Positions 21,683 through 32,047 of a stretch of 51,583 nt of DNA are shown piece by piece; positions within the stretch are counted from its first letter, which is position 1, and every line of letters starts with the position of its first letter. Source of the stretch: Emiliania huxleyi CCMP1516 (taxonomy: Eukaryota); the NCBI RefSeq assembly GCF_000372725.1, contig NW_005201231.1, positions 62,001 to 113,583 on the forward strand. Direction: 5' to 3'. The position numbers and the translations under genes are program-made. The notes beneath the pieces are model-generated. The model saw nothing but the letters and a program-made list of their open reading frames with translations. It was not told the DNA's origin and did not search any database.

Positions 21683-24148
21683 ATGCCTCGCGCTCGTAAG
21701 CCCGTCGGCGATCCTGCGGGGGCACCGCTGCTTGGGCAGCGCGTCGTGCTCGGCGGCCTCTCTTCCCGCCCCGAGCTCAACGGGCAGCGGGGCGTGGCGG
21801 GGAGCTTCGAGGGCGGGCGGTACGCGGTGGCGCTCGAGGGCGGCGGCGAGAGCGTGCGGGTGCGGCCCGGTAATCTGTCGCCGGCGGCGGCGGAGCGGGC
21901 GTCGAGCGGTGCCGCGGCAGCCCCCGATGCGGTCATCGCAGCGGCTGAGCGAGGCGAGGAGGAGGCGGTGCTGGAGTGGCTCGAGGGCGGCGGGCGGGTC
22001 GACGCGACGTACGAGACAGGGGAGACTAGCGGCATCACGCTGCTGATGTGCGCCGCCTTGTACGGCCACGAGCGGGTGGTCGAGCTGCTGATACAGCACG
22101 GCGCAAAGGTCAGCCTGCAGGACAGCAACGGCAACACCGCGCTGATGGCCGCCGCCCTCTTCGACCACTCCGCCGTCGTGCGGCGCTTGCTGCGGGCGGG
22201 CGCAGACACCGCGGCGCGCAGCGCGAACGGGAAGACGGCGCTGCAGCTTGCCAAGGAGGAGGGCCGCGCCGAGTGCGTCGAGGCGTTCCGGCAGCACGTC
22301 CAGGAGTCGGTCGTGGCGGGACGGCCCACGGCGACGGCAGCCGGCGGCGCAGGCGCAGGCGGCGCTTCCTCCGGCGGCGCTTCCTCGGCTGGATCGAGAG
22401 TCGCGAAGACGTTTTCTCCAGCGATAGCGGCGGGGCGGGCGCCGAGCGGTGTCGCGGCAGCCCCCGATGCGGTCGTGGCAGCGGCTGAGCGAGGCGAGGA
22501 GGAGGCGGTGCTGGCGTGGCTCGAGGACGGCGGGCGGGCCGACGCGACGTACGAGAGAGGCGGCGTGAGCGGCATGACGCTGCTGATGCGCGCCGCTGGC
22601 CAAGGCCACGAGCGGGTGGTCGACTTGCTGATCCGGCACGGCGCGGAGGTCAACTTACAGAGCAGCGACGGCTTCACTGCGCTGATTAACGCCGCCGTCT
22701 TCAACCAACTCGCCGTCGTGCGGCGCTTGCTGCGGGCTGGCGCAGATGCGACGGCGCGCAGCGCGAGCGGCAAGACGGCGCTTCAGTGGGCCAAGCAGAT
22801 GGGCCACGCCGAGTGCGTCAAGGTCTTGTCTGAGGCGGCGGCGGCGGCGGCGGAGGGCCGAGTAGGGGCGGGCGGCGCTTCCTCGGGCGCGGCAGCGGCA
22901 GCTGAAGACGCGCCGCTGCTCGGCCAGCGAGTCGTGCTCGGCGGCCTCTCTTCCCGCCCCGAGCTCAACGGGCAGCGGGGCGTGGCGGGGAGCTTCGAGG
23001 GCGGGCGGTACGCGGTGGCGCTCGAGGGCGGCGGCGAGAGCGTGCGGGTGCGGCCCGGTAATCTGTCGCCGGCTGCGGCGGAGCGGGCGTCGAGCGGTGC
23101 CGCGGCAGCCCCCGATGAGGTCGTGGCAGCGGTTGGGCGAGGCGACGAGACGGTGGTGCTGGCGTGGCTTGACAGTGGCGGGCGGGCCGACGCGACGTAC
23201 AAGAGAGGCGGCATGAGCGGCATCACGCTGCTGATGGGCGCCGCCCAGGAAGGCCGCGAGTTGGTGGTCGAGCTGCTGCTCCGGCGCGGCGCTAAGATCA
23301 ACCTGCAGGACAGCGACGGCGGCACCGCGCTGATGCACGCCGCCAACAGCGGCCACGAGCGGGTGGTGGAGTTGCTGATACGGCACGGCGCGGAGATCAA
23401 CTTGCAGGACGACGACGGCTACACCGCGCTGATGTACGCCGCCCTCTTCAACCACCCCGCCGTCGTGCGGCGCTTGCTGCGGGCGGGCGCAGACACCGCG
23501 GCGCGCAGTGCGAACGGCAAGACGGCGCTTCAGTGGGCCGAGGAGGAAGGGCACACCGAGTGCGTGCGCGCCCTCGAGGATCACTCGTCGACCGGAGCAG
23601 AGGCGGAGGGGGAGACGGCGGTCGCAGAGTCAGCCGAGCAGGCCGCGGCGGCCGCACGCGAGGCGGCAGCGGCTGCGGAGGCGGCGGAGGCGCGTGATGC
23701 TGCCGAAGCGGCGCTGCGCGAGGCGGTTGAGGCGTGCGAGCGAGGCGACGCCGATCTCGAGGCGCTCAGGGCGGCGATCAACGCAAACACCACCCAGGCC
23801 GCCGACGGCTCGGAGGCGCTGCGGGCGGCGCGGCTGCTGCGCGACGAGCTGGCGGAGCGAAGGACCCGTGAGGCCAGGGCGCTGAAGCGGCAGCGGCAGA
23901 AGGATGAGAAGGCGGCGGCGAGGCAGGCGGCGGAGGAGGCGCGGGCGGCGGAGGAGGCGCGGGCGGCGGAGGAGGCGCGGGCGGCTGAGGCAGCTGCGGA
24001 GGCGCGGGCGGCGGAGGAGGCGGAGGCGGCGGCGCGGGCGGCGGAGGAGGCGGAGGCGAGGGCGAGGGAGGAGGCGGCAAGGGAGAGGGAGGAGGCGAGG
24101 ATGAGGGCGGAGGCGGAGGTGGCGGCGGCGGAGGCAGCGGCGGAGGTG

Positions 24149-24180
<32 letters not shown>

Positions 24181-25920
24181 TGTAGAGGCGGCAGTAGCGG
24201 CCGTGGCGGCGGCGGAGGCTCAAGAGGCAGCGGAGGCGGAGGCGGCAGCGGAGGCAGCGGCAGCAGCGGCGGCAGCGGCGGCTTCGGCGAGTGTCGCCGC
24301 CCTCGCCGCCGCCGCCGCGCCGCCCGCCGCCGTCCCTCTCGACGANNNNNNNNNNNNNNNNNNNNNNNNNNNNNNNNNNNNNNNNNNNNNNNNNNNNNNN
24401 NNNNNNNNNNNNNNNNNNNNNNNNNNNNNNNNNNNNNNNNNNNNNCGCAATATGACTACGGGACTGTAGAGGCGGCAGTGGCGGCCGTGGCGGCGGCGGA
24501 GGCTCAAGAGGCGGCGGCAGCGGAGGCGGCAGCGGAGGCAGCGGCGGCGGCAGCGGCAGTGGAGGCGGCGGCGAGCGTCGCTGCCCTCGCCGCCGCCGCC
24601 GCGCCGCCCGCCGCTGTCCCTCTCGACGAGCTCATCGCGGCGACCGACGGTTTTGCCGAGGCGCGCAAGGTGGGCGAGGGAGGCTTTGGGCGCGTCTACC
24701 GCTGCGACGCGCTGCCGTCGCTCCCGCGCGTCGCTTGCGGGTTCGCCGTCAAGACGGCGTTGGTCGGTGTCGGCGCCCAAGGCCTCGCCGAGCTGCAGAG
24801 CGAGGTGCGCACGCTCAACGCGGCGTGCCATCCGTCCCTGCTTCCTCTGCTCGGCGTCTGCCTGGCACCGGCGAGAGCGTGCCTCGTCTACCCCCTCTGC
24901 CGCGGCGGCAGCCTCGAGGACCGCCTCTACCGCGCTCCAGCCGCGCTGCAGCGTCTCCGCATGCTCGGCTTCGAGACGCCGCCTCCGCCGCTCTCCTCCG
25001 CCGCACGGCTCCGCGTGCTGCGCGACGCCGCGAGCGCGCTGCATTACTTGCACACGCTCTCTCCGATGATCCTGCACCGCGACGTCTCGGCGGGCAACAT
25101 CCTGCTCGACGAGCGCGGCAACGGCTACCTCGCCGACGTGGGCCTCGCGCGCGCGGCAGAGGCGACGGCCGGCGGCAGCCAACAGGTGTCGCACCTGTCG
25201 ACGCAGCGTATCTTCGGTAAGCCTGGCTACATGGACCCGATCATCTCGCTGGATGGCCAGGCTTCTCAGTTGACTGACGGTTTCGCGCTCGGCATCACGC
25301 TGCTCGTCAGCCTGACCGGCCGCGGCGCTCTTGGCTTGCTCAACGCGTGCGACGATGCGCTGGAGGAGCCCGACACGGCGGAGAGCATCGCGGCGGCCGA
25401 CGCGGGCTGGTCGGCGGCGCAGGCCGAGGAGCTGACGCGGCTGGTGGTCGGGCTGGCTCTCGTGAGGAAGAAGAAGCGGATGCCGCTCGCAGAGGCGCTG
25501 CCGCGGCTGGAGGCGCTAGTCGAAGCGGCGGGGGAGGTGGAGGAGACGGCTGGGGCCGAGGAGCGCCTGTGTGACCTCTGCTACGAAGCGCCGCGTTCGG
25601 TCCGCTTCGCGTGCGGCCACGCGCTGTATTGCGAGACATGTGCGTCGCGCGTGCTGGAGCGCGACACCAACTGCCCGGCCTGCCGCCAGCCGGCGCTGCC
25701 CATCGCCGCAACTGGGCGGCTGGTGGCGGAGCAGGCGACGTTTGTCCACCAGCCGCCCACTCGCACCGTGCCCCAGGCTCAGCCCGTGGGCGCCACGGCG
25801 GCGGTCGGTGGGCGGGGAGGGCGCGGTGGGCGCGGCGGGCGCGGCGGGCGCGGTGGGAGGGGTGGGCGGGGTGGGCGTGGGAGGCCACGGGACGAGGGGC
25901 GTGGCGCTGGTGGCTCGTAG
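21683..25920 (+). CDS. SH3-like/ankyrin-repeat IRAK/Pelle-like kinase with C3HC4 RING finger and RGG tail (spans an assembly gap)
   Basis: ORF 21683-24345: 2 SH3-like modules, 3 ANK blocks (~13 repeats), coiled coil. ORF 24478-25920: GEGGFG, FAVK, HRDVSAGNILLD, LADVGLAR, FGKPGYMDP, RING CDLC..CGHALYCETC..CPACR, (GGR)n. The two sides of the gap overlap by ~170 nt with small differences. Confidence 0.85.
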
Positions 25921-26150
25921 CTGGTTTACAGTACGTCAACCGCAGGGTGTGTGCGGTGCGTGGGGAGCTGGAGGCTGAGTACACGGAAAATCGCCCTCAC
26001 AGCTCACTGCACACTGGACCTGAGCTGCGTGCTGGGGAGATAGCTCTCACGTCTCAGACTCAGTCACCTGTCGTGCTAGAGCTAGTGTGGTAAAGTGCGA
26101 GAGCGACACTTGCTTGATGCTTGGCGACTGCGGGAAAACAGTGAGACTGA

Positions 26151-26305
26151 GGTAAGGTAAGGTAAGGTAAATTTCTCCACACACACAAGTGGTGGGGCAA
26201 GGGGGGCGACCCTCGCATCTCCACACCCGGACACGGGCAGGAGCCCCACGGCATTCAAAGTGCAAGCACTGGCCCGGTGCACGTGGGTGAGCAGCCTGCC
26301 CCTCC
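26151..26305 (-). mobile_element. Dispersed repeat family B (retroelement-like 3' end, (TTACC)n tail)
   Basis: CATCTCCACxCCxGxACACGGGxAGGAGCC..CACGGC is shared with 38700-38840 and 50052-50155. Confidence 0.65.
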
Positions 26306-27071
26306 GCCCTCTGCGCCCGACAAACCAACTCCCGCACACACACAATCGCACTCTGGCCATCGAATGACTCCGAATGACTCACACTGTGTGTGCTAAGACA
26401 AAATCTCCGCAGACAGCCAAAACGGGCCGTGCCGCGTGGGGCGGTGTGAGGTGAAGCCACGCTACTCGCTACCAGCGCTCATCGGATGCTGCTTGGGAGT
26501 TCCATCTTCCTGTCGCGTTCAAGATCACCCTCTAAGCTTCTCGCAGGGGTCGCGCTTAGGCGGCTCCTATGTGTATCAAACTTCCTTGTGCACGAGCGCA
26601 GCCTCAGCGGCGGCGCGGGCGGGGGTAATACACACGGACCCGGTCAGGTCGCGTATCCGTTCGGAGTGCCGTTGTGCAGTGCTCGGCGCGGCGCGGTGAC
26701 CGGCACCGGTGTGTGCCGCCCGCGGGCGGCGCTGGGGCGGTGCACGCGCGTGCCAGCGGCGTGGGCGGGGCGCGGGGGCTCGTGACGTTTTTGACACAAC
26801 ACGCGCGTGAAAGCTGAAACATGGGGAGATCTCTTTCTCAAATCTCACATGGTCGTAGCTATAAAAGCATTCAAAACTCATATCGTACAGACGCGCTCGC
26901 GCACCATGGAGGGTACCTCTCTTGGCTCTACACACACGCTTTTCCGCGTGTCCGATCTCCCTAGAGCGTGGTAGCTCCCACTCGGCCCCACACCGGTCAC
27001 CGCACACGGCGGGCTGACGTACCGGCCCGCGGGGTGGGAATGCCAGATGGGTGCGGAACGACAGACACGGT

Positions 27072-30000
27072 CTACTGCGGCTGGCCGAAGCTCGCGATGT
27101 CGAACTTGAGCATGTTCTCGACGAAGGGGAGGCCGGCGTCGTTCGGCCCAAAGTACGACATCGGCTCGGCGGTCGCCTGCGCGATGCCGAGCGAGTCGAG
27201 GCCTGCAGAGGCGAGACGCGGCCGCGGGACGACGCGGTGAGTTGTGCCAAGCATGCCGCTGCGTATGGGCGGGTCGAGGGTTGGGGGGTCACCCCGTGTG
27301 TGGTGGGGTGGCGAACTTGTGGGGAGGCGCGCGCGCGCGAAATGTCTCGGAAGTGTCTCGGAAGTGTCTCGGAAGTGTCTCGGAAGTGGCCCTCTCACCC
27401 GGGACGATCAGGCCCTTGGAGGCGCAGATCAGGCCGAAGATGCCGAGCATGGCCGCACGCCCTACGGACAGGCTCCGAGAAGGCTCCACGACACTTCCGA
27501 GAAGCTCCCACTTGCGGCGGTGGAAGTGCTGCCTACGGGACAGGCTCCGAGAAGGCTCGACGACGGCTTGTCAGCACGGAGGGTGCGGAGCGCTGTCGCG
27601 GCGCGGGCCGTTGTTGATCTCGACGTTGCGCCCGCGCGCCTTCTTCTCCTCCGAGTCTCCCTCGAAGAAGCCGAAGGGGTCGTAGAGGTCGAGGGGGACC
27701 GGGTGCGGGATGTTGCCCTTCGGCCAGGGGTAGGGTCAGGGGGGCAGGGTCAGGGGTAGGGAGGCAGAGTCAGGGGTAGGGCCAGGGCCAGGGGCAGGGG
27801 GGCAGGGGGGCAGGGGCTAGGGGGGCAGGGGGGCAGGGGGCAGGGGGTAGGGGGTAGGGGGGCAGGGTGAGGGGTAGGGGCTAGGGCCGGTGCGGGATGG
27901 CTTCCCGAGGCGCGACGTTGGACGTGCCCCGCCAAAGGGCAGTGGAGGTGTCTCGGACATGTCTCGGACATGTCTCGGACGTGTCTCGGACGTGTCTCGG
28001 ACATGTCTCGGACGTGTCTCGGAAATGTCTCGGACGTGTCTCGGACGTGTCTCGGAAGTGTCCTCTAGATGGCAGTGGAGCTGTTCGGACGTGTCTCTCC
28101 ACACCTTGCCGCCGCCGGCCGCGTCCTTGAGCGACGGGTAGAAGCCAGGCTTGCCTGCGGACACGTCTCGCGCATGTCCTGGACAGGCCTTGGACGTGCC
28201 GCCGAGCGGCGGGGCCGACGGCGGGCGACTAGATGGCGATCTCCCCACATCTCCCCACATCTCCCCACGTCTCCCCACGTCTCCCCACGTCTCCCCACGT
28301 CTCCCCACATCTCCCCACGTCTCCCCACGTCTCCCCACATCTCCCCACGTCTCCCCACATCCCCACGTCTCCCCACGTCTCCCCACATCTCCCCACGTCT
28401 CCATATCTCCCCAAATCTCCCCAAATCTCCCCAAATCTCCCCCTATCGGCGTGCCTCCGCGCATGTAGTGCATCTCCATACCTCCCCAAATCTCCCCACC
28501 TCTCGCCACCTCTCCCCCTATCGGCGTGCCTCCGCGCATGTAGTGCGGCTCCATCGTCTCGCCCACAAACTCGAGCACGGCGATCGTGCCGAGGATCTGC
28601 AGGCCGGGGCGGAGCAGGGAGAGGGGCGAGGGGGCGGTGGTAGAGGCGGGCGGTGGTAGAGGCGGGCGGTGGTAGAGCCGGGCGGTGGTAGAGGCGGGCG
28701 GTGGTAGAGGCGGGCGGTGGTAGAGGCGGGCGGTGGTAGAGGCGGGCGGTGGTACGGCGGCGAGGAGAGAGGAGGCAGGCGAGGAGAGGGGAGGCAGGCG
28801 AGGAGAGGGGAGGCAGGCGAGCAGGCAGGCAGGCGAGGAGAGAGGAGGGGCGAGCGGCGAGGAGGGAGGCTCGGCAGTGCGGCGCACCTGCAGCTTTCCC
28901 GCCGTCGGCACGGCAGCCCACTGGTCGACTGGCGCGGGGATGGCCTATTCACAGCTAGAGGTGTGAAGAGACGCTGTTCACGGCCCACTGGTCGACCGGC
29001 GCGGGGATGGCCTATTCACAGCTAGAGGTGTGAAGAGACGCTGTTCACGGCCCACTGGTCGACTGGCGCGGGGATGGCCTATTCACAGCTAGAGGTGTGA
29101 AGAGACGCTGTTCACGGCCCACTGGTCGACTGGCGCGGGGATGGCCTATTCACAGCTAGAGGTGTGAAGAGACGCTGTTCACGGCCCACTGGTCGACTGG
29201 CGCGGGTGTAGGGCGGCAGCATTCGGACGTGTCTCGTCCGAGAGCGGGCGTAGCGAGGAGAGAGAGGCTGTAGGGAGGAGAGAGAGCAAGCAGGGAGGGG
29301 AGAGAGGCGGCAGGGAGGAGAGAGAGGCTGCAGGGAAGAGAGGCAGCAGGGGGGAGAGAGAGGCGAAGGGAGGAAGAGGCAGCAGGGAGGCATCAACCGA
29401 CAGGTCTCCGTAAGAGAGGGCGGTCGCGGCGTCGCCGAGGATGCCGCCCTTGATGTCCCACGGGAAGTGGATCCCGTTCGACTCTGCGACACGGGCGGAC
29501 GGCTCGAGCCGGGCGGGGGCGGCGACGGCGGAGGACCGTGCGGACGTGGCGGGTCGTGATGGGCGGGGAGCGGCACGCGCGGACGCAGAAGCCGACAAAG
29601 GCGGCCATCGCCACGCGGCCGTGCTTGATCTCAGCGTGGCGGAGCCAGCCGACGGTCGCGTCGTTGCCCTCCGACCAGAAGTCCTTGTCGGCCAGCTTGA
29701 GAGGGTCCCAGAAGCCCATCGGGATCTGCGGCAGAGGAGCAGCGGGATCGGCGGAGGCGGGGAGAGGAGGCGGCGGGTGCGATGGCGGTGGCGGCGGTGG
29801 CGGCGGTGGGGACGCAGGCGGAGGTGACGGAGGAGGCGGCGACGGTGGCGGCGGAGGTGGCGATGGAGGGTGAGATTGGAGCAGCGAGGGATTATGCGTT
29901 GGCGGTGTGTGTGCGGTGGGCTGCGTGTGCTTTGCAGGCTTGGCGGCGGCGCAGCACGCGGCGTGATGATACCTGCTGCTCCTCAGCCAGAGCAATAAGC

Positions 30001-30110
30001 GTATCCTTGCCGGTGGCCTTCGCCATCATCGAGATGGATGGCGAGCCGCGGGGCGGCGCGACGCCGTGGGCCAGGCCGAGAGCGGAGGTAGAGAGCGACA
30101 GTGCTGCCAT
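27072..30110 (-). CDS. Fucoxanthin-chlorophyll a/c light-harvesting protein (LHC/FCP, Lhcq-like), plastid-targeted
   Basis: MGFWDPLKLADKDFWSEGNDATVGWLRHAEIKHGRVAMAAFVG, HYMRGGKPGFYP, LYDPFGFF and EINNGRAAMLGIFG; about 9 exons. One junction near 27720-28100 is unresolved. Confidence 0.92.
27948..28060. repeat. Intronic 11-nt tandem repeat (GTGTCTCGGAC type)
   Basis: Directly visible. Related copies at 27343-27387, 5480-5520 and 39355-39400. Confidence 0.9.
28916..29207 (-). repeat. 67-nt tandem array (4 units plus a partial) at an LHC intron/exon junction
   Basis: CTGGTCGAC at 28921, 28988, 29055, 29122 and 29189. Each unit is a 30-nt copy of the exon start plus a 37-nt acceptor cassette. 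Confidence 0.9.
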
Positions 30111-30426
30111 TTGTGGCGATGGAGGTCTGCAAGAGGGTAATTAGGGGGGGACCCTGAAGATTTAGTGGTCTGATGGAGGGCGGAGAGAGTCCGCCGATTT
30201 GAGGTCTGTAATGAGGCTGTGCCACCCCGGCCGAAAATCATCGCAAACCCTGTCAGCAGTCCTCCTCCGGGAATGAATGTACGTAAGAGCTACATACACT
30301 GAGAGAGTGAGAGAGAGAGAGGAACTGCTTCAACTCGCTCAAACCTGCGGACACAGAAGAGAATAGGTATTCTAAATCCCTTCCAAAAGCACCTCTCAAC
30401 CCCGCTGCGGACTCTCTGAGCTTCAT

Positions 30427-30978
30427 TCAATCCCCCTCGCCCCGCCGAAGGCGGACTGCAGTGGCTCTTACTGCGCCGCGCTGCGGAGGTTGCAAGCGCG
30501 ATGCGCGCCGCCCCTCGCTCGCCCGAGCCGCTCGGAATGCGGGAGCGGCCACACATGGCTCGGCCGCCCCACCCCTGCGACATCGATGTCGAAACGGCTG
30601 GTGTGCCGTCTGCGGCGGCTGAATTGAAGCGTCGAGATTCCTCCGTGGCTCGGTGAAGAGGCGGTGGGCGAAGGCGACAAAGTGTCTGCTGTGTACCAGC
30701 ACGTGGCTCCGTGGGCCCTTTGCGAAGAACGGCCCCACTCCGCCCCTTGACCACGGGAAGTACTCGGCGGCGTATGCACGGTACACGTGTCCCATCGCGA
30801 CCGAGATTCGCGCAAAGGAGCGGTGCGCCTGTCCACCGTCGACAATCTCGAGGACGCGTGCGTCTGTAGGGAGCACATGAACGTTGATCATGGCGCCGCC
30901 ATGCACACCCACCAGGCCGTAGAGGCCAGCGTAGTACGACAGCGGGCGTGGGTTGCTGCGTTTGCCCGTGTCAATCAC
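30427..30978 (-). CDS. Glycosyltransferase family 61 (DUF563)-like protein, C-terminal part; 5' end lost towards the gap
   Basis: LVGVHGGAMINVHVLPTDARVLEI..FARISVAMGHVY resembles the GT61 GxHGAGLxN..LP...VIEI motif. Confidence 0.6.
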   Translation of the reverse strand: MIDTGKRSNPRPLSYYAGLYGLVGVHGGAMINVHVLPTDARVLEIVDGGQAHRSFARISVAMGHVYRAYAAEYFPWSRGGVGPFFAKGPRSHVLVHSRHFVAFAHRLFTEPRRNLDASIQPPQTAHQPFRHRCRRGGAAEPCVAAPAFRAARASEGRRASRLQPPQRGAVRATAVRLRRGEGD

Positions 30979-31811
30979 GCCCTGCCGAGCCTCAATTAAA
31001 CATTGGCGTGAACGAGAGAGGCCGGCAGCGCGCCGCCGGTGGGGTTAGTAAATAGTAAAATGCAGAGTCCTCTTCCTTTATGGCCCCCCCCCCCCTTCGC
31101 CGCCTCCCCTACCGACCCCCCCCTCGCCCCCCGGGCCCCCGCCACCTCAACCGCCTCTTTTGGGGTTCCCCCTCCTACCTCCGTGGTCCCCCCCCCCCCC
31201 CCCCGGGAGAGGTTTTCCAAACANNNNNNNNNNNNNNNNNNNNNNNNNNNNNNNNNNNNNNNNNNNNNNNNNNNNNNNNNNNNNNNNNNNNNNNNNNNNN
31301 NNNNNNNNNNNNNNNNNNNNNNNNNNNNNNNNNNNNNNNNNNNNNNNNNNNNNNNNNNNNNNNNNNNNNNNNNNNNNNNNNNNNNNNNNNNNNNNNNNNN
31401 NNNNNNNNNNNNNNNNNNNNNNNNNNNNNNNNNNNNNNNNNNNNNNNNNNNNNNNNNNNNNNNNNNNNNNNNNNNNNNNNNNNNNNNNNNNNNNNNNNNN
31501 NNNNNNNNNNNNNNNNNNNNNNNNNNNNNNNNNNNNNNNNNNNNNNNNNNNNNNNNNNNNNNNNNNNNNNNNNNNNNNNNNNNNNNNNNNNNNNNNNNNN
31601 NNNNNNNNNNNNNNNNNNNNNNNNNNNNNNNNNNNNNNNNNNNNNNNNNNNNNNNNNNNNNNNNNNNNNNNNNNNNNNNNNNNNNNNNNNNNNNNNNNNN
31701 NNNNNNNNNNNNNNNNNNNNNNNNNNNNNNNNNNNNNNNNNNNNNNNNNNNNNNNNNNNNNNNNNNNNNNNNNNNNNNNNNNNNNNNNNNNNNNNNNNNN
31801 NNNNNNNNNNN

Positions 31812-32047
31812 GTGTTATGGCCCTGCGAACGCGCACCCCCCAGGGCTAGGAAGAGGGGGCGTTCTGCAGGGGAAACCCGGTACACGGAGCCCTCTCGGAG
31901 ACCCGTGTACCCCGTGTTATGGCCCTGCGACCGCGCACCCCCCCACGGTCGAGGAAGAGGGCAGCGTCCTGCAGTTAAGGGGAAACCCGGTACGCGGGGC
32001 TAACCCTCGGAGACGTGTTATGGCCCTGCGACCGCGCACCCCCCCCC
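31812..32047. repeat. ~102-nt tandem repeat next to the gap
   Basis: GTGTTATGGCCCTGCGA at 31812, 31914 and 32015. Confidence 0.8.

Noticed and set aside
24170..24630. Tandem duplication of the Ala/Glu linker in the kinase gene
   Set aside because: The copies flank a 100-N gap; most likely unmerged overlapping contigs from alleles or paralogues.
27725..27890. Telomere-like G-rich tract (also (TTGGG)n at ~15030-15066)
   Set aside because: Degenerate, internal and not clean TTAGGG; treated as low complexity.
28916..29207. CRISPR-like array
   Set aside because: Units are contiguous with no unique spacers, there are no cas genes, and the context is a eukaryotic intron.
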